Shown: positions 10,076 to 21,302 of the stretch, piece after piece
Position numbering within the stretch: position 1 is the stretch's first letter
How the letters are laid out: every line of letters begins with the position of its first letter
Source of the DNA: an uncultured Acidimicrobiales bacterium
GTDB taxonomy: Bacteria; Actinomycetota; Acidimicrobiia; Acidimicrobiales; SZUA-35
DNA length: 64,000 bases
Assembly (NCBI GenBank): GCA_937922045.1
Contig: CAKZXA010000073.1
Span: 26,484-90,483 of the forward strand
Direction of reading: 5' to 3'
The notes under the pieces: model-generated
Seen by the model: the letters and a program-made list of their open reading frames with translations, nothing else
What the model was told of the DNA's origin: nothing
Databases searched by the model: none
Translations under genes and position numbers: made by a program

Positions 10076-10801
10076 CTAGCGGAAGAGGTCCTCGCTCGGA
10101 TGACGCACGACATCCTCGACGACAGACCCGCTTCCAAACCAGGCAGGGTCGACGCCCCGGATCACGGCTACGGCTACGCCGGTCGATTTACCGCGGACCA
10201 GTTCGGCCGCTCCAGCCAATTCGTCGACGATGCAGACCTCGGTCACATGCAACTCTCGGCCGACGGCGTCGTCGGTGCCCCGTAGATCCAGAATCGGCTT
10301 AATGCCAGCGCAACCGAGGGCTATATCGGTCAACCCTCGCCGCCACGGACGCCCGAAGGTGTCGGCCACGATGACGGCCACGGAGACCCCTAGCTGCCCC
10401 TTTATGGCGTCGCGAATACGTCGGGCCGAACGGTCGGAGTCTTCGGGGAGAAGGGCCGCGATGTCGGGTGCAACGTTTGATCGATCAATCCCCGAATTGG
10501 CGCATACGTAGCCGTGTTTGGTCTCGGTGATGATGAGGTCTCCTCGGCGCCGCAGTACACGGCGCGCCTCATCGAGCACGAGGGGTTTATGGGCTAACGG
10601 ATCGTCGGGATCGACGGTGACCAAGCGCCCTTCGGCCTTGGATACCACCTTCTGGCTCACGACGAGCACGTCGCCTTCCAACAGGCCGCATGCTTGGGTC
10701 ACACCGTTTGCGATCAGGTTTGAGAGATCGTCTCCCGGATTGATTTCGGGTATCCCGGGGACCGGAATGATCTGTAGGGAGGGTGGGATTGGCGTGCTCA
10801 T
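10076..10801 (-). CDS. cofE: coenzyme F420-0:L-glutamate ligase (single-domain CofE)
   Basis: Collinear with the remembered FbiB N-terminal domain: IPEINPGDDL, VVSQKVVSKAEGRLV, ANSGIDRSNV, ADTFGRPWRRGLTDIALG, VDELAGAAELVRGK. ATG 10801 forms an ATGA overlap with the cofD stop. Confidence 0.85.
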   Translation of the reverse strand: MSTPIPPSLQIIPVPGIPEINPGDDLSNLIANGVTQACGLLEGDVLVVSQKVVSKAEGRLVTVDPDDPLAHKPLVLDEARRVLRRRGDLIITETKHGYVCANSGIDRSNVAPDIAALLPEDSDRSARRIRDAIKGQLGVSVAVIVADTFGRPWRRGLTDIALGCAGIKPILDLRGTDDAVGRELHVTEVCIVDELAGAAELVRGKSTGVAVAVIRGVDPAWFGSGSVVEDVVRHPSEDLFR

Positions 10802-11748
10802 GAGGCGGCCTCTTCGGAACATGGCAAGGCGAGAATGAAATCGGCGAGTGCAGAGGACCGTTCAACGGTCGACATGATGGTGTCGGTGATGGCCGGTCGC
10901 ACGCCGAGCGCCTCGACCGCTGCCGCATCGTCGGCGTCGATCGTATCGAGGACGAGAGTTCCCGCCACCTCTTGGTACCAGGAGGCCACCCCAGCCGAGC
11001 TAGCCGTCCCGCCGAGTTCCTTCATGAGCCGATCGGCCGGACCCTTTAGGGCCTTGCCTCCAATGATAGGCGACACCGCAATCACCTGACGTCGACGCCT
11101 TTGCAGCAGATCTCTGACACCGGGCACCGCTAACACCGGGTCGACCGACACCACAGGGTTGGACGGGGCGATGATGATTCGCTCTGCGTTCTCCAACCAG
11201 TCGAGCACCCCGGGAGCTGGTTGCGAGGTTGGCGCCCCTTCGAAGCGAACAGCGGTGGCCGCTACATCGTGAGCGTGGCGCACGAAGTACTCCTGAAAGC
11301 CGATGTCTCCGTGCTGGTCGGTGGTCATCACGGTGCGCAACCGATCGTTGGTCACCGGCAGGAGTGAGAATTCGAGACCCCAAGCAGTGGCGATCGCAGC
11401 GGACACAACCGACAGAGAGTCACCGTTTTGTAGTCGCTGGGTGCGATAGAGATGGGTACCGAGGTCTTGATCGCCGAGGCTGAACCAGTCGTCGCCCCCA
11501 TAGCGGCCGAGCATTTCCATCGCCTTCCAGGTTTCGCCTTCGAGGCCCCAGCCCCGCTCCTCACTCACCGCACCGGCCAGGGTGTAGGTGATAGTGTCGA
11601 GGTCGGGCGAAACATGAAGCCCGTGGAGTTCAACGTCGTCGCCGACGTTGACGATGGCCGCCAGGTCTCTGCCCGGCACAACCTGGACCAAACCGGACAG
11701 GAGGCGGGCCGCGCCAACCCCTCCGCAAATCACCGCTGTTTTTGTCAC
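10798..11748 (-). CDS. cofD: 2-phospho-L-lactate transferase
   Basis: 316 aa with GGVGAARLL, VNVGDDVELHGLHVSPDLDTITYTLAG, RGWGLEGETW and APSNPVVS, matching FbiA/CofD as remembered. Confidence 0.9.
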   Translation of the reverse strand: MTKTAVICGGVGAARLLSGLVQVVPGRDLAAIVNVGDDVELHGLHVSPDLDTITYTLAGAVSEERGWGLEGETWKAMEMLGRYGGDDWFSLGDQDLGTHLYRTQRLQNGDSLSVVSAAIATAWGLEFSLLPVTNDRLRTVMTTDQHGDIGFQEYFVRHAHDVAATAVRFEGAPTSQPAPGVLDWLENAERIIIAPSNPVVSVDPVLAVPGVRDLLQRRRRQVIAVSPIIGGKALKGPADRLMKELGGTASSAGVASWYQEVAGTLVLDTIDADDAAAVEALGVRPAITDTIMSTVERSSALADFILALPCSEEAAS

Positions 11749-11751
11749 CGT

Positions 11752-12807
<1,056 letters not shown>

Positions 12808-12893
12808 TCAGCGGCATCTGGTGGCGGGTCCACCAGGGTCGGCGTCTTCGTTGCAAGCGTAGTCGAGGCGACCCCTTGGTGTGATCCATCGCC

Positions 12894-13829
12894 CTAGCCT
12901 TGCGACCCTCTGGGCTCGGTGGCGTCGATTCGGCTGCGAGCTTCGGTCAAAACATCGTCGAGCGTCGTGTCCAGCTCGAACTCGGGCCGCCAACCGGTTG
13001 CCGTCGCCAGCTTGTCGTAGCTGCCGCGCAGGTCAGGAAGGTCGACGGGGCGAAGACGGCTCGGATCGATTGATCCCGTAATCTGCACGGTGGCTCGGGC
13101 GGCAAGTTGGTCGAAGATCGTCTGCATCGGGACACTCCTGCCCGAGCAGATGTTGAACGTCTCGCCATGGACTGTCGCCGGGTCGGCCGTTGCTAGGAGA
13201 CGGTAGGCCCGCACCACATCGCGAACATCGGTCACATCGCGTCGGGGAGAAAGATCGCCATGGCTGACCGCGCCGCCACCGGAGCGTTCAAGCTCGGCCA
13301 TCTGGTTGGCGAAGGCTGGTACGGCGAACCGAAGGCTCTGCCCCGGACCGAGATGATTGAAGGGTCGGGCGATAATGGCGCCTACCGAGAAGGCGTCCCA
13401 ATAGTGGCGAGCCAGGATTTCTGCCGCCTGCTTGCTGGTTCCGTAGGGTGACCGAGGTTGCATCGGCGCGTCCTCCTCGAGGGGGAGAAGATCGGTAGAG
13501 ACCTGGCCGTAGACGTCAGCGCTGGAGATGACGACGACGGTCTCGACCTCGGCTAGCCGCGCTGCCTCCAGGACGTTGGTCGTTCCGAGGATATTGATCT
13601 CAAACGTCTGACGGGGGGCATTCCAAGACCCGCCGACGTCGCTCCATCCAGCGAGGTGGTACACCACGTCGGGACGAATCTCTTCGAACTGCTTGGCCCA
13701 ACGGTCGCCGTCGCGCAGATCGGGCCCATTGTTGAGATCGAGAGCGGTCAGTTCGTCGCCGCAGGCGCGGAGATGGGCCGCTAGGTGAGGGCCGACGAAT
13801 CCGCCGGCGCCGGTGATCAAGGCTCTCAT
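12894..13829 (-). CDS. NAD-dependent epimerase/dehydratase, GDP-4-dehydro-6-deoxy-D-mannose reductase (Rmd)-like
   Basis: ITGAGGFVGPHL, SPYGTSKQAAE, ARPFNHLGPGQ. The overall layout resembles Pseudomonas Rmd as I recall it, and the gene lies upstream of gmd on the same strand. A GDP-fucose synthase assignment is not excluded. Confidence 0.65.
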   Translation of the reverse strand: MRALITGAGGFVGPHLAAHLRACGDELTALDLNNGPDLRDGDRWAKQFEEIRPDVVYHLAGWSDVGGSWNAPRQTFEINILGTTNVLEAARLAEVETVVVISSADVYGQVSTDLLPLEEDAPMQPRSPYGTSKQAAEILARHYWDAFSVGAIIARPFNHLGPGQSLRFAVPAFANQMAELERSGGGAVSHGDLSPRRDVTDVRDVVRAYRLLATADPATVHGETFNICSGRSVPMQTIFDQLAARATVQITGSIDPSRLRPVDLPDLRGSYDKLATATGWRPEFELDTTLDDVLTEARSRIDATEPRGSQG

Positions 13830-13956
13830 GCAGTCACGATGCTAACGTTCAGGCCGCCCGTATTCGGGTGATGGTCGGACTTCGAGCGGCGGGGATGTTG
13901 GCTAGGGCCTCTAGTGATGCGCGAGTGACCCGATCAGAGAGTAGCATTCGAGATTC

Positions 13957-16900
13957 GTGAGCGAGATCCCTCTATCCACCATGCCAGACGCGGGAGATTC
14001 GACCGATGTGGTCGACGCTCCGGCTGTCGTGGCGGTGGTTGTCGCCAACAATCCCGGCGACTACTTCGCCGAAGCGCTTCTGTCGCTGGCCAATCAGGAC
14101 TATGAGAATCTCTCGGTTCTGGTAATCGACGCTGGCAGCGACGAACCCATTGCCGACCGTGTGGCCGAGGTACTGCCTGAGGCGTACCTCCATCGCCTGG
14201 CTGGAGAGCCGGGCTGGAGCGTGGCCGCCAATCAGGCAATGGAGCTGGTGTCCGGTTCGCCCTTTCTCCTGCTGTGTCACGACGACGTAGCTCTAGAGCC
14301 GACCTGTGTTTCGGCCTTGATGAAGGAGCTGTACCGGAATAATGGAGGTATCGCCGGGCCGAAGCTCGTCTCCTGGGAACGTGAGGATCGCCTGACGCAG
14401 ATCGGGATGGGTTCCGATCGGTTCGGCGTCATGGTAGATCAGGTTGAACGGGGCGAATTCGATCAGGACCAGTACGACGCCGTTCGCGACGTTTTTGTCA
14501 TTCCGGGCGGCGTGCAGCTGGTGCGAGCAGATCTTTTTACCGCTCTCGGTGGGTTCGATCCCATGATCAGCCTTCTCGGAGAAGATCTCGATCTGTGTTG
14601 GCGGGCTCACGCAGCCGGTGCCCGGGTCCTCGTGGTACCCGATGCCAAGGCCCGACATCTCGAGAACATGGAAAATCGCATGCCGGTTCGCATGCGGCGC
14701 CGCCTGCTGACCCGCCATCGTTTGCGTACCGTGCTTACCACCGCCGAGCGCCGAAGCATGTTCACGACCGTGCCGTTGGCTTTCATGCTGATTCTGCTCG
14801 AGAGCTTGTACTCCTTGGTGGCTGGTCGCCGTTCCCAGGCCCGAGATGTCTTGAGTGCCATTCCGTGGAACCTCACCCGCCTCGACGACGTTCGAAGGAA
14901 TCGGCAGAATCTAAAAAAGATCCGTTCGTTCAGCGATTCAGAAGTCGCCCGGCTCCAGGTTGGTGGCTCGGCCCGCATCTCGAACTTCTCCCGTGGCCAA
15001 GTCAGCGCTGGCCAGGATCGTATCGAGGGCATGGTCGGCTCGGTCCGATCATCGTTTGCCGGAGAGAAAACGTCGAATGTTCGCGACGCCACGGTGCTGG
15101 GATTCCTCCTGGCCGTGATGCTCGTTTTCGGCAGCCGCCACCTCTTGACGAGGGGCGTTGCACCCGTAGGCCAAATGCCCGACATTCCCGACGGCATGAC
15201 ACTGCTCAACGAGTGGATGAGTGGCTGGCGTAGTTCGGGGACCGGGGGACCGGGCAATGCGCCGTCCGCCCTGCCACTCTTCGCCCTCGGTCGTGCCTTT
15301 TTCTTCTGGGGTTCTGGCGTGTTCGACACGCTGGTCTCTATGGGCGCCGTGTTCTTCGGGCCCATCGCCGTCTACCGATCGTTGCGCCCGCTTGGGAGTT
15401 CACGGGCCTCGATGCTGGCCGCGATCGCCTATGCCTGCAATCCACTGGTCCTGAGCTCGTTCTCGGCTGGGCGATGGGAATCGCTCGTGGTTTGGGCGGC
15501 CGCTCCCTATCTGCTGGTTTCTTTACTCAAAGTTCTCGCCGTTGCGCCTTTCGGTTCGGAACGGGGCTTGTCGGGGCCTGGCATCATTGACCGCAACGCG
15601 CCGGTGCGCCTCATTCGATTTGCCTTCCTCGTTGCGGTGGTGGCCTCCTTTGCGCCCTCCGTCGTCCCGCTAGCCGTTATTGCCGCTCTGGTAGCTTTCG
15701 CTGTTTCGGCCACCTTTGGTTACGGCATGCTTAAAGAGCTTCTGCTGGCCGCAGTTCTCGCCGTTGTCGGCGCCATCACACTCCACGCTCCGTGGAGCTG
15801 GGATTTCTTCCGCGGCCCCTCATGGGACTGGGTCGTCGGGCCGCCATCTCCCGAGGCCAGCGTTGATTCGCTCCAGGATCTACTCCAATTCTCGCCTGGT
15901 GCACCCGACGTTCCGGGTCTGCTCGTCTTCGGGTTGCTCCTAGCCGCTGGTGTCAGCCTCGCCGTCGCCCGCAAGGATCTGTTTCCGTTCGCCGTCTTCG
16001 GGTGGGCTTCCGCTGTCGTGTTCTGGTTGATTCCGTGGGCCGACCGTCGGGGCTGGATTCCGTTTGGTGTACCGACTGCTGAATCGCTGCTGGCCTTCTC
16101 GGCCGCCGGTCTCGCTCTATCTGTCGCTGTCGGTGTTCGTTCCTTCGAGACCCGGCGCGAGGAGTCACCGATTCCGGCTCGTTTCTTCCGGCCCGCGGCT
16201 GCTCTTGGTTCCATCGGGCTCATCGGACTGGTCGTTGTCGGGATGAGTTCAACGGTCAGCGGTACCTGGGAAGCGCCAACACAAAGCTTTACAAACTCGA
16301 CCGAGTTCTTGCTCGATCGTCAGTACGAAGCTGCCGACATCGCTGGAGACGCTGGACGTGTGCTCTGGATTGGCGATCCGAGCGTCATGACTCTAGACCC
16401 TGCCTTCACCCAATCGGGGGTTAGTTACGCTGTCTACGATGGCGGTCGAGCGCCGGTTCAGGGTCGCTGGCAGCCAGTCCCCGTCGGCCACACCGATGCG
16501 ATCGGTCGACAGCTCGACCTTGCGAGCGGTGGTGAGGTCGTTCGACTCGGTCGCCTGCTCGCTCCCTACGGCGTCGACCTCGTCGTCGTTGTCGACCAGC
16601 TTGCCCCGTCACCCTATGACGGTCCGTCGATTGCCCCCGACGCGGCGATGGTGCGTGGCCTGTCCCAGCAATTAGACCTCGAACGGGTTCCAGGGGTTCC
16701 CGATCTGATCGTGTATCGGAATGCTGCTTCTGGTGGGCCAGCCCCTCTACTCGCCAGCAGTGAGCAGGCTCAAGCGTCGTCGACCGCCGCCCTGCTGGAT
16801 CTCGACCTTTCCTCGGGTTCTGCCGAGGTTCGGTACGAGGCACCCGGGAGGTGGCGGGTTGAGATCCCTCAAGAGCGAGCGGTGCTCCTACCCGTGCCGG

Positions 16901-17106
16901 TGGAAGGTCTTAGCGTTACCGAGGCTCGCGACGAGGTGGTAAGCGGAATAGGCGGACTGGCCGTTCTTCCGTCGGGCGACGAGGGCTCAGCGGTCATCGA
17001 ATACACCGCTCGATGGAGGCGACGAGCCGCCATCATCGGTCAGATGCTCCTGGTCTCGGTGGGCGCCTTGCTCGGTCAGACTCGCCGTGAAGAGGTGTTC
17101 GTATGA
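13957..17106 (+). CDS. large family-2 glycosyltransferase fused to a polytopic membrane / extracytoplasmic domain
   Basis: 1049 aa. The N-terminal GT2 fold has VVVANNPGDYFAEALLSLANQDY, VIDAGSDEP and LCHDDV. It is followed by many hydrophobic segments and a ~300-aa C-terminal soluble region. The start is GTG 13957 or ATG 13981. Confidence 0.75.
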   Translation: MSEIPLSTMPDAGDSTDVVDAPAVVAVVVANNPGDYFAEALLSLANQDYENLSVLVIDAGSDEPIADRVAEVLPEAYLHRLAGEPGWSVAANQAMELVSGSPFLLLCHDDVALEPTCVSALMKELYRNNGGIAGPKLVSWEREDRLTQIGMGSDRFGVMVDQVERGEFDQDQYDAVRDVFVIPGGVQLVRADLFTALGGFDPMISLLGEDLDLCWRAHAAGARVLVVPDAKARHLENMENRMPVRMRRRLLTRHRLRTVLTTAERRSMFTTVPLAFMLILLESLYSLVAGRRSQARDVLSAIPWNLTRLDDVRRNRQNLKKIRSFSDSEVARLQVGGSARISNFSRGQVSAGQDRIEGMVGSVRSSFAGEKTSNVRDATVLGFLLAVMLVFGSRHLLTRGVAPVGQMPDIPDGMTLLNEWMSGWRSSGTGGPGNAPSALPLFALGRAFFFWGSGVFDTLVSMGAVFFGPIAVYRSLRPLGSSRASMLAAIAYACNPLVLSSFSAGRWESLVVWAAAPYLLVSLLKVLAVAPFGSERGLSGPGIIDRNAPVRLIRFAFLVAVVASFAPSVVPLAVIAALVAFAVSATFGYGMLKELLLAAVLAVVGAITLHAPWSWDFFRGPSWDWVVGPPSPEASVDSLQDLLQFSPGAPDVPGLLVFGLLLAAGVSLAVARKDLFPFAVFGWASAVVFWLIPWADRRGWIPFGVPTAESLLAFSAAGLALSVAVGVRSFETRREESPIPARFFRPAAALGSIGLIGLVVVGMSSTVSGTWEAPTQSFTNSTEFLLDRQYEAADIAGDAGRVLWIGDPSVMTLDPAFTQSGVSYAVYDGGRAPVQGRWQPVPVGHTDAIGRQLDLASGGEVVRLGRLLAPYGVDLVVVVDQLAPSPYDGPSIAPDAAMVRGLSQQLDLERVPGVPDLIVYRNAASGGPAPLLASSEQAQASSTAALLDLDLSSGSAEVRYEAPGRWRVEIPQERAVLLPVPVEGLSVTEARDEVVSGIGGLAVLPSGDEGSAVIEYTARWRRRAAIIGQMLLVSVGALLGQTRREEVFV

Positions 17107-18827
17107 TGCGCGGAGCGATTATCTTTGTCATGCTTGGTCTGCTCGGGGCAGCTTTTGCCTATGACCGTGTCTCTCCCATGCCGCTCGGTGGACCAACCGT
17201 TGAGCTGGAGTCTGTCTCGGCCAACCCGGCGGTACGTGACCCGGCCCGAATCGACGCAGCCTGGTTCTGTCCCGTCGGATCGAGCAGCGTCACCGGATTC
17301 GCTGATCACCAGGTCGACATTGCCAACTTGGCCGACGAACCAGCGGTGGCCTTCATCAACTTCTTGACGTCTGAGGGGCGTGGCCCGGGTACTCGGATCG
17401 AACTCAAGCCGTTCACCGTCGAACATGTCGTCGTTTCCGACTACCAGGTCAACGACGTGGCCGGAGCGGTCGTCGAGGTGATCGGTGGTCAAGGTGTTGT
17501 CGGTCATACGGTTACGACCAGCCAGGGCAAGGCCGAAGGGCCGTGCGCAACCGAAGTCTCCAATGAGTGGTATTTCGCCAATGGTCGCACCCAAGCCGAC
17601 TCCGAGCAGTACCTAGCACTCATGAATCCTTTCCCCGAGGCGGCTGTCTACGACCTTGAGGTCACTAGCCAGACGCGTCCGCGGTCTCGCCCTGGCCAGT
17701 TTGTGCCACCACGCTCGGTGAAAATTGTTCGTATCGATGAGTTTCTGACCCGCGACGAACACACGGCGACGAAGATTCGAGCTCAACAGGGTCGTCTTGT
17801 CGTCGAGCGGCTTCAGCTTGTCGACGGATCGATGGGGCCGACAGGGGCTAGCTTGCAGCTCGGTGTGACCGAGCCATCCGACTCCTGGTTTTTCACCGCT
17901 GGGCGCGTCTTCGCCGACTCGGAGAACACGCTGACCATCTATAACCCAGCGCCAACCGGTCTTGAGACTCTCCGCGACGCGGGGGATGTCGGTGCTGACA
18001 ATGTCGACGACGCCTTCGATCTCGACCAGCAGAACACCGCTGCGGTGCAGGTGGAGTTGTGGCCGACCAACCCCACAGATCGCTCCCTCTATGGAACGAC
18101 AACTATTGAACGCGAACTCCGGCCCGGCGGCATCGAAGTGATCGATCTCGTGGCCCAGGCCGAGCGTTTCGGTTTCCCGATGCCTTTCGAGCTGTCGGCC
18201 AGGGTGACGTCATCACCGGATCTGCCTGTCGTCGCTGAACGCTGGCAAGCAGGTCTCCGCTTCGATAGCGCAATTCGTCTCGACGACCTGCTCGACGATT
18301 CCGAGGACGAAGAGCCGGCCGAAGGGGAAGACGCGGAGAACGCGGAGAACGCGGAGAACGCAGAGAACGCAGCGAATCCTGAAGGCGAAGAACCCGCCGT
18401 GGAGGGGGAGGAGCCGGCCGAAGGGGAAGAGGGCGACTTCAATGTGCCGACGATCGACCCCGGCGCTGAGCTGCTACCCCAACCACTACCGAAGGTCGGC
18501 CTCGCTACCAGCAACGGCAATGAGGTCCTGTCGACCCGATGGCTGATCCCCTGGATAACGATCGAGGGCGATTCGACCCTGATCTCTGTGTTGGCGTTAG
18601 AGGAATCGACGGTCGAAGTACGAATCTCGGTCAACGGAACAGTGGTCGGACCGCAGCGGGCCACCGTGCCAGCCAACGGTCGTGCGATCATCCCGCTCGC
18701 TCTACCGGCTGGAGCGCTCGAAGGAGCAGCGGTTGAGATCGTCGCCGACAACCCCATAACCGTCGAGGGGGTCGTGGTGACCGAAACCTCCTACGACGTG
18801 GTGCCAGCGATCCCTACCATCAGCTAG
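17103..18827 (+). CDS. secreted/membrane-anchored protein, DUF5719-like
   Basis: 574 aa with an N-terminal signal/anchor (IIFVMLGLLGAAFA). ATGA overlap with the GT2 gene. Its position after a giant GT2 matches the conserved actinobacterial pair as I remember it. An internal acidic repeat is present. Confidence 0.6.
   Translation: MMRGAIIFVMLGLLGAAFAYDRVSPMPLGGPTVELESVSANPAVRDPARIDAAWFCPVGSSSVTGFADHQVDIANLADEPAVAFINFLTSEGRGPGTRIELKPFTVEHVVVSDYQVNDVAGAVVEVIGGQGVVGHTVTTSQGKAEGPCATEVSNEWYFANGRTQADSEQYLALMNPFPEAAVYDLEVTSQTRPRSRPGQFVPPRSVKIVRIDEFLTRDEHTATKIRAQQGRLVVERLQLVDGSMGPTGASLQLGVTEPSDSWFFTAGRVFADSENTLTIYNPAPTGLETLRDAGDVGADNVDDAFDLDQQNTAAVQVELWPTNPTDRSLYGTTTIERELRPGGIEVIDLVAQAERFGFPMPFELSARVTSSPDLPVVAERWQAGLRFDSAIRLDDLLDDSEDEEPAEGEDAENAENAENAENAANPEGEEPAVEGEEPAEGEEGDFNVPTIDPGAELLPQPLPKVGLATSNGNEVLSTRWLIPWITIEGDSTLISVLALEESTVEVRISVNGTVVGPQRATVPANGRAIIPLALPAGALEGAAVEIVADNPITVEGVVVTETSYDVVPAIPTIS
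18333..18377 (+). repeat. 9-bp in-frame tandem repeat (gcggagaac, 4-5 copies) encoding (AEN)n
   Basis: Read directly: gcggagaac x3, gcagagaac, gcagcgaat. Flanked by a 20-nt direct repeat, agccggccgaaggggaaga, at about 18311 and about 18411. Confidence 0.9.
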
Positions 18828-19291
18828 TGAGTTTGGTGGCGGTTCTTGTGGCGATCGATGCTGGTGTGGCAATGCGGCTGGCGGTCATGGCTGTGCTGGC
18901 CCTTCTGGCGGTCGGGGTGGCATTCACCCTTCAACGTCGCCGCCCAGACCCTCCAACCGCGCCGAGCTATCGAGCACCGAATCAGCTTGATCGCCAAGAC
19001 TTCGTCGAGCCGGGACATCCCATCCTGGCCGCTGTCTTCGCATCGACCACCTGCAACACGTGCCCGGAGGTTTGGCGGGTTGTGGAGCCCATGGCTTCAG
19101 AGCTTGTGGCAGTAGAGCGAATAGATGTTGAGGACCGGTCGGATCTTCACAAGCGGTACAGAATCGACGGTGTACCGACGACGATTCTCGCCAATGCCGA
19201 GGGCGTCGTCGTTCAGGCCTTCTTTGGTCCAGTTCCGGCCGGAGAGATCGACGTCGCCATCACCGCAATGCGCGAACACCTCGATCGCTAG
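18827..19291 (+). CDS. membrane-anchored thioredoxin-like (TlpA-like) protein
   Basis: 154 aa. N-terminal TM helix, CxxC (CNTC), and a thioredoxin-like C-terminal signature YRIDGVPTTIL. Its GTG start overlaps the previous stop by 1 nt. Confidence 0.6.
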   Translation: MSLVAVLVAIDAGVAMRLAVMAVLALLAVGVAFTLQRRRPDPPTAPSYRAPNQLDRQDFVEPGHPILAAVFASTTCNTCPEVWRVVEPMASELVAVERIDVEDRSDLHKRYRIDGVPTTILANAEGVVVQAFFGPVPAGEIDVAITAMREHLDR

Positions 19292-19307
19292 AGGCCCGAC
19301 GCAGAAA

Positions 19308-19330
19308 CGCCCGAGCCGTAGGCCCGGGCG
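19308..19330. terminator. GC-rich hairpin between the convergent trx-like and ftsH genes
   Basis: cgcccg-a-gcc-gta-ggc-c-cgggcg, 9 bp with one mismatch. There is only a weak T-run, on the minus side (tttctgc). Confidence 0.3.
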
Positions 19331-19358
19331 CATCCAACATGGTGTGATCGGTGGCTGG

Positions 19359-21302
19359 CTAGCTGTCGATGCTCCCGGGTACTGCCGGAGCGTCGATGCC
19401 GTCAGGGGTCTTGGGCGTGGCGAGCGATGCAGCCGGCACACTGCCTGCGGCCTCGATCAGACGATCGACTTCAGCACCGCTCAACGTCTCGTGCTCGAGA
19501 AGGTTGCGGGCGATGAGGTTGAGAGCGGACCGGTTGACGGTCAGCATCTCGCGGCAACGGTCTTCCTGGGTGGTCAGAACTCGCTGCGTTTCCTCGTCGA
19601 TTAGCCGGGCGATGTCCTCGGAGTACTCCTTGGACTGCATCATGTCGTCACCGAGAAAGACAGGTCCGCTGCCGCCGAAGGCCATGGGCCCGATCTTCTC
19701 CGACATGCCCCACTCTGAAACCATGCGGCGAGCCAGTGAGGTCGCCTTCTGCAGATCGTCGGCTGCGCCCGAGGAGGCGACACCGAAGACGACGTCCTCA
19801 GCGTTACGACCGCCGAGCATCATCACGATCATGTTGAGAGCGTGGGAACGGCGCAGCGAGTGACGATCTTCCTCAGGAAGCGTCATCGTGACGCCGAGCG
19901 CCATGCCGGTGGGAATGATTGTGACCTTGTGGAGTGGGTCGTAGCCGGGCAGCAGGGCGGCACACAGAGCGTGTCCTGCCTCGTGGTAGGCGGTCATCTC
20001 TCGCTCTTCTTCGGACATGACGAGCGAGTCTCGTTTCACGCCCATCAAGACTCGGTCGCGAGCCATGTCGAAATGGCTGGCATGGACCTTGTCTTCGCCG
20101 CCTCGTACTGCATACAGGGCTGCTTCATTGACAAGGTTGGCCAGGTCTGCACCCGACATGCCGGGCGTGCCGCGGGCGATGAGACTGACGTCTACGTCTT
20201 CGGCCATCTTCTTGTGCTTGATATGAACGGCCAGAATTTCCTTGCGGTCGTCCAGCTCGGGGAGCGGAACCACGACCTGACGGTCGAATCGCCCCGGTCG
20301 CAAGAGAGCCGGGTCGAGAATGTCGGGCCGGTTGGTGGCCGCGATCATGACGATGCCCTCGGTGGCCTCGAAGCCATCCATCTCCGACAACATCTGGTTG
20401 AGCGTTTGCTCTCGTTCGTCGTGCCCACCGCCGAGTCCGGCACCGCGCTTACGGCCGATCGAATCGATTTCGTCGACGAAGATGATGGCCTTACCCATCT
20501 TGCGGGCTTCGTTGAAAAGGTCGCGGACACGGCTTGCGCCGACGCCGACGAACATCTCCATGAAATCTGAGCCGGTGACGGAAAGGAACGGTACGCCTGC
20601 CTCGCCAGCAACGGCCCTGGCGATCAAGGTCTTGCCGGTTCCGGGAGGTCCGACGAGAAGGACACCCTTTGGAATGCGAGCACCGATCTCGGAGAACTTG
20701 CCAGGGTTCTTCAGGAAGTCGACGACCTCGGTGACCTCTTTCTTGACCGACGCATAGCCGGCCACGTCGGCAAAGGTTGTTCCCGGCCGTTCAGAGGAGT
20801 AATGCTTGGCCCGACTCCGCCCAATCGACATGATGCCGCCCATTTGAGACTGCTGTCGCTTGGCCATCCACCAGAAGAATCCGAGGATGAACAGGAAGGG
20901 CAGCAGGATGGGAAGCATCGACAGGAAGATGTTCGTCGTTGGGGTGACAAACTCGTAGTCGACGCCGTTGCTATCGAAGAAGGCGAGATCCTTCTCGGAG
21001 AGCTCGCGGGGTCCGGTGGTGACGACCTCGGCCCCTTCGCCGTCTTTGGCCGTGATCCGGAAGGTGGTGTTGTCGAACTCGAACTCGTTGATTCGATCGT
21101 CTGCCACCTCTTCGAGGAACTCGCTGTATGTGAGCGGTTCCGTTTGCTCGGTGTTCATGTTGGTGGCCAGGGCCAGCAGCACGATCAGAATGCCGACGAT
21201 CACCCACGCCGACCAGCGCGGCCAGCCCGCATCGGGGCGGCCAGGAACACGCGGGTTGCGGCCAGCGGGTGGGGGTGGGGGGTTGGAGCCTTGCGAACTC
21301 AT
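19359..21302 (-). CDS. ftsH: ATP-dependent zinc metalloprotease FtsH
   Basis: 647 aa. Two N-terminal TM segments, Walker A GPPGTGKT, Walker B VDEID, SRH region, zinc site HEAGHAL. Confidence 0.95.
   Translation of the reverse strand: MSSQGSNPPPPPAGRNPRVPGRPDAGWPRWSAWVIVGILIVLLALATNMNTEQTEPLTYSEFLEEVADDRINEFEFDNTTFRITAKDGEGAEVVTTGPRELSEKDLAFFDSNGVDYEFVTPTTNIFLSMLPILLPFLFILGFFWWMAKRQQSQMGGIMSIGRSRAKHYSSERPGTTFADVAGYASVKKEVTEVVDFLKNPGKFSEIGARIPKGVLLVGPPGTGKTLIARAVAGEAGVPFLSVTGSDFMEMFVGVGASRVRDLFNEARKMGKAIIFVDEIDSIGRKRGAGLGGGHDEREQTLNQMLSEMDGFEATEGIVMIAATNRPDILDPALLRPGRFDRQVVVPLPELDDRKEILAVHIKHKKMAEDVDVSLIARGTPGMSGADLANLVNEAALYAVRGGEDKVHASHFDMARDRVLMGVKRDSLVMSEEEREMTAYHEAGHALCAALLPGYDPLHKVTIIPTGMALGVTMTLPEEDRHSLRRSHALNMIVMMLGGRNAEDVVFGVASSGAADDLQKATSLARRMVSEWGMSEKIGPMAFGGSGPVFLGDDMMQSKEYSEDIARLIDEETQRVLTTQEDRCREMLTVNRSALNLIARNLLEHETLSGAEVDRLIEAAGSVPAASLATPKTPDGIDAPAVPGSIDS

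Noticed and set aside
18333-18377. Short tandem repeats (also 5381-5452, 49774-49803, 61781-61822, 23196-23213) considered as CRISPR or other non-coding arrays
   Set aside because: All are in-frame multiples of 3 inside, or at the edge of, coding regions. They have no spacers and span less than 80 nt. They are coding low-complexity expansions, not CRISPR.
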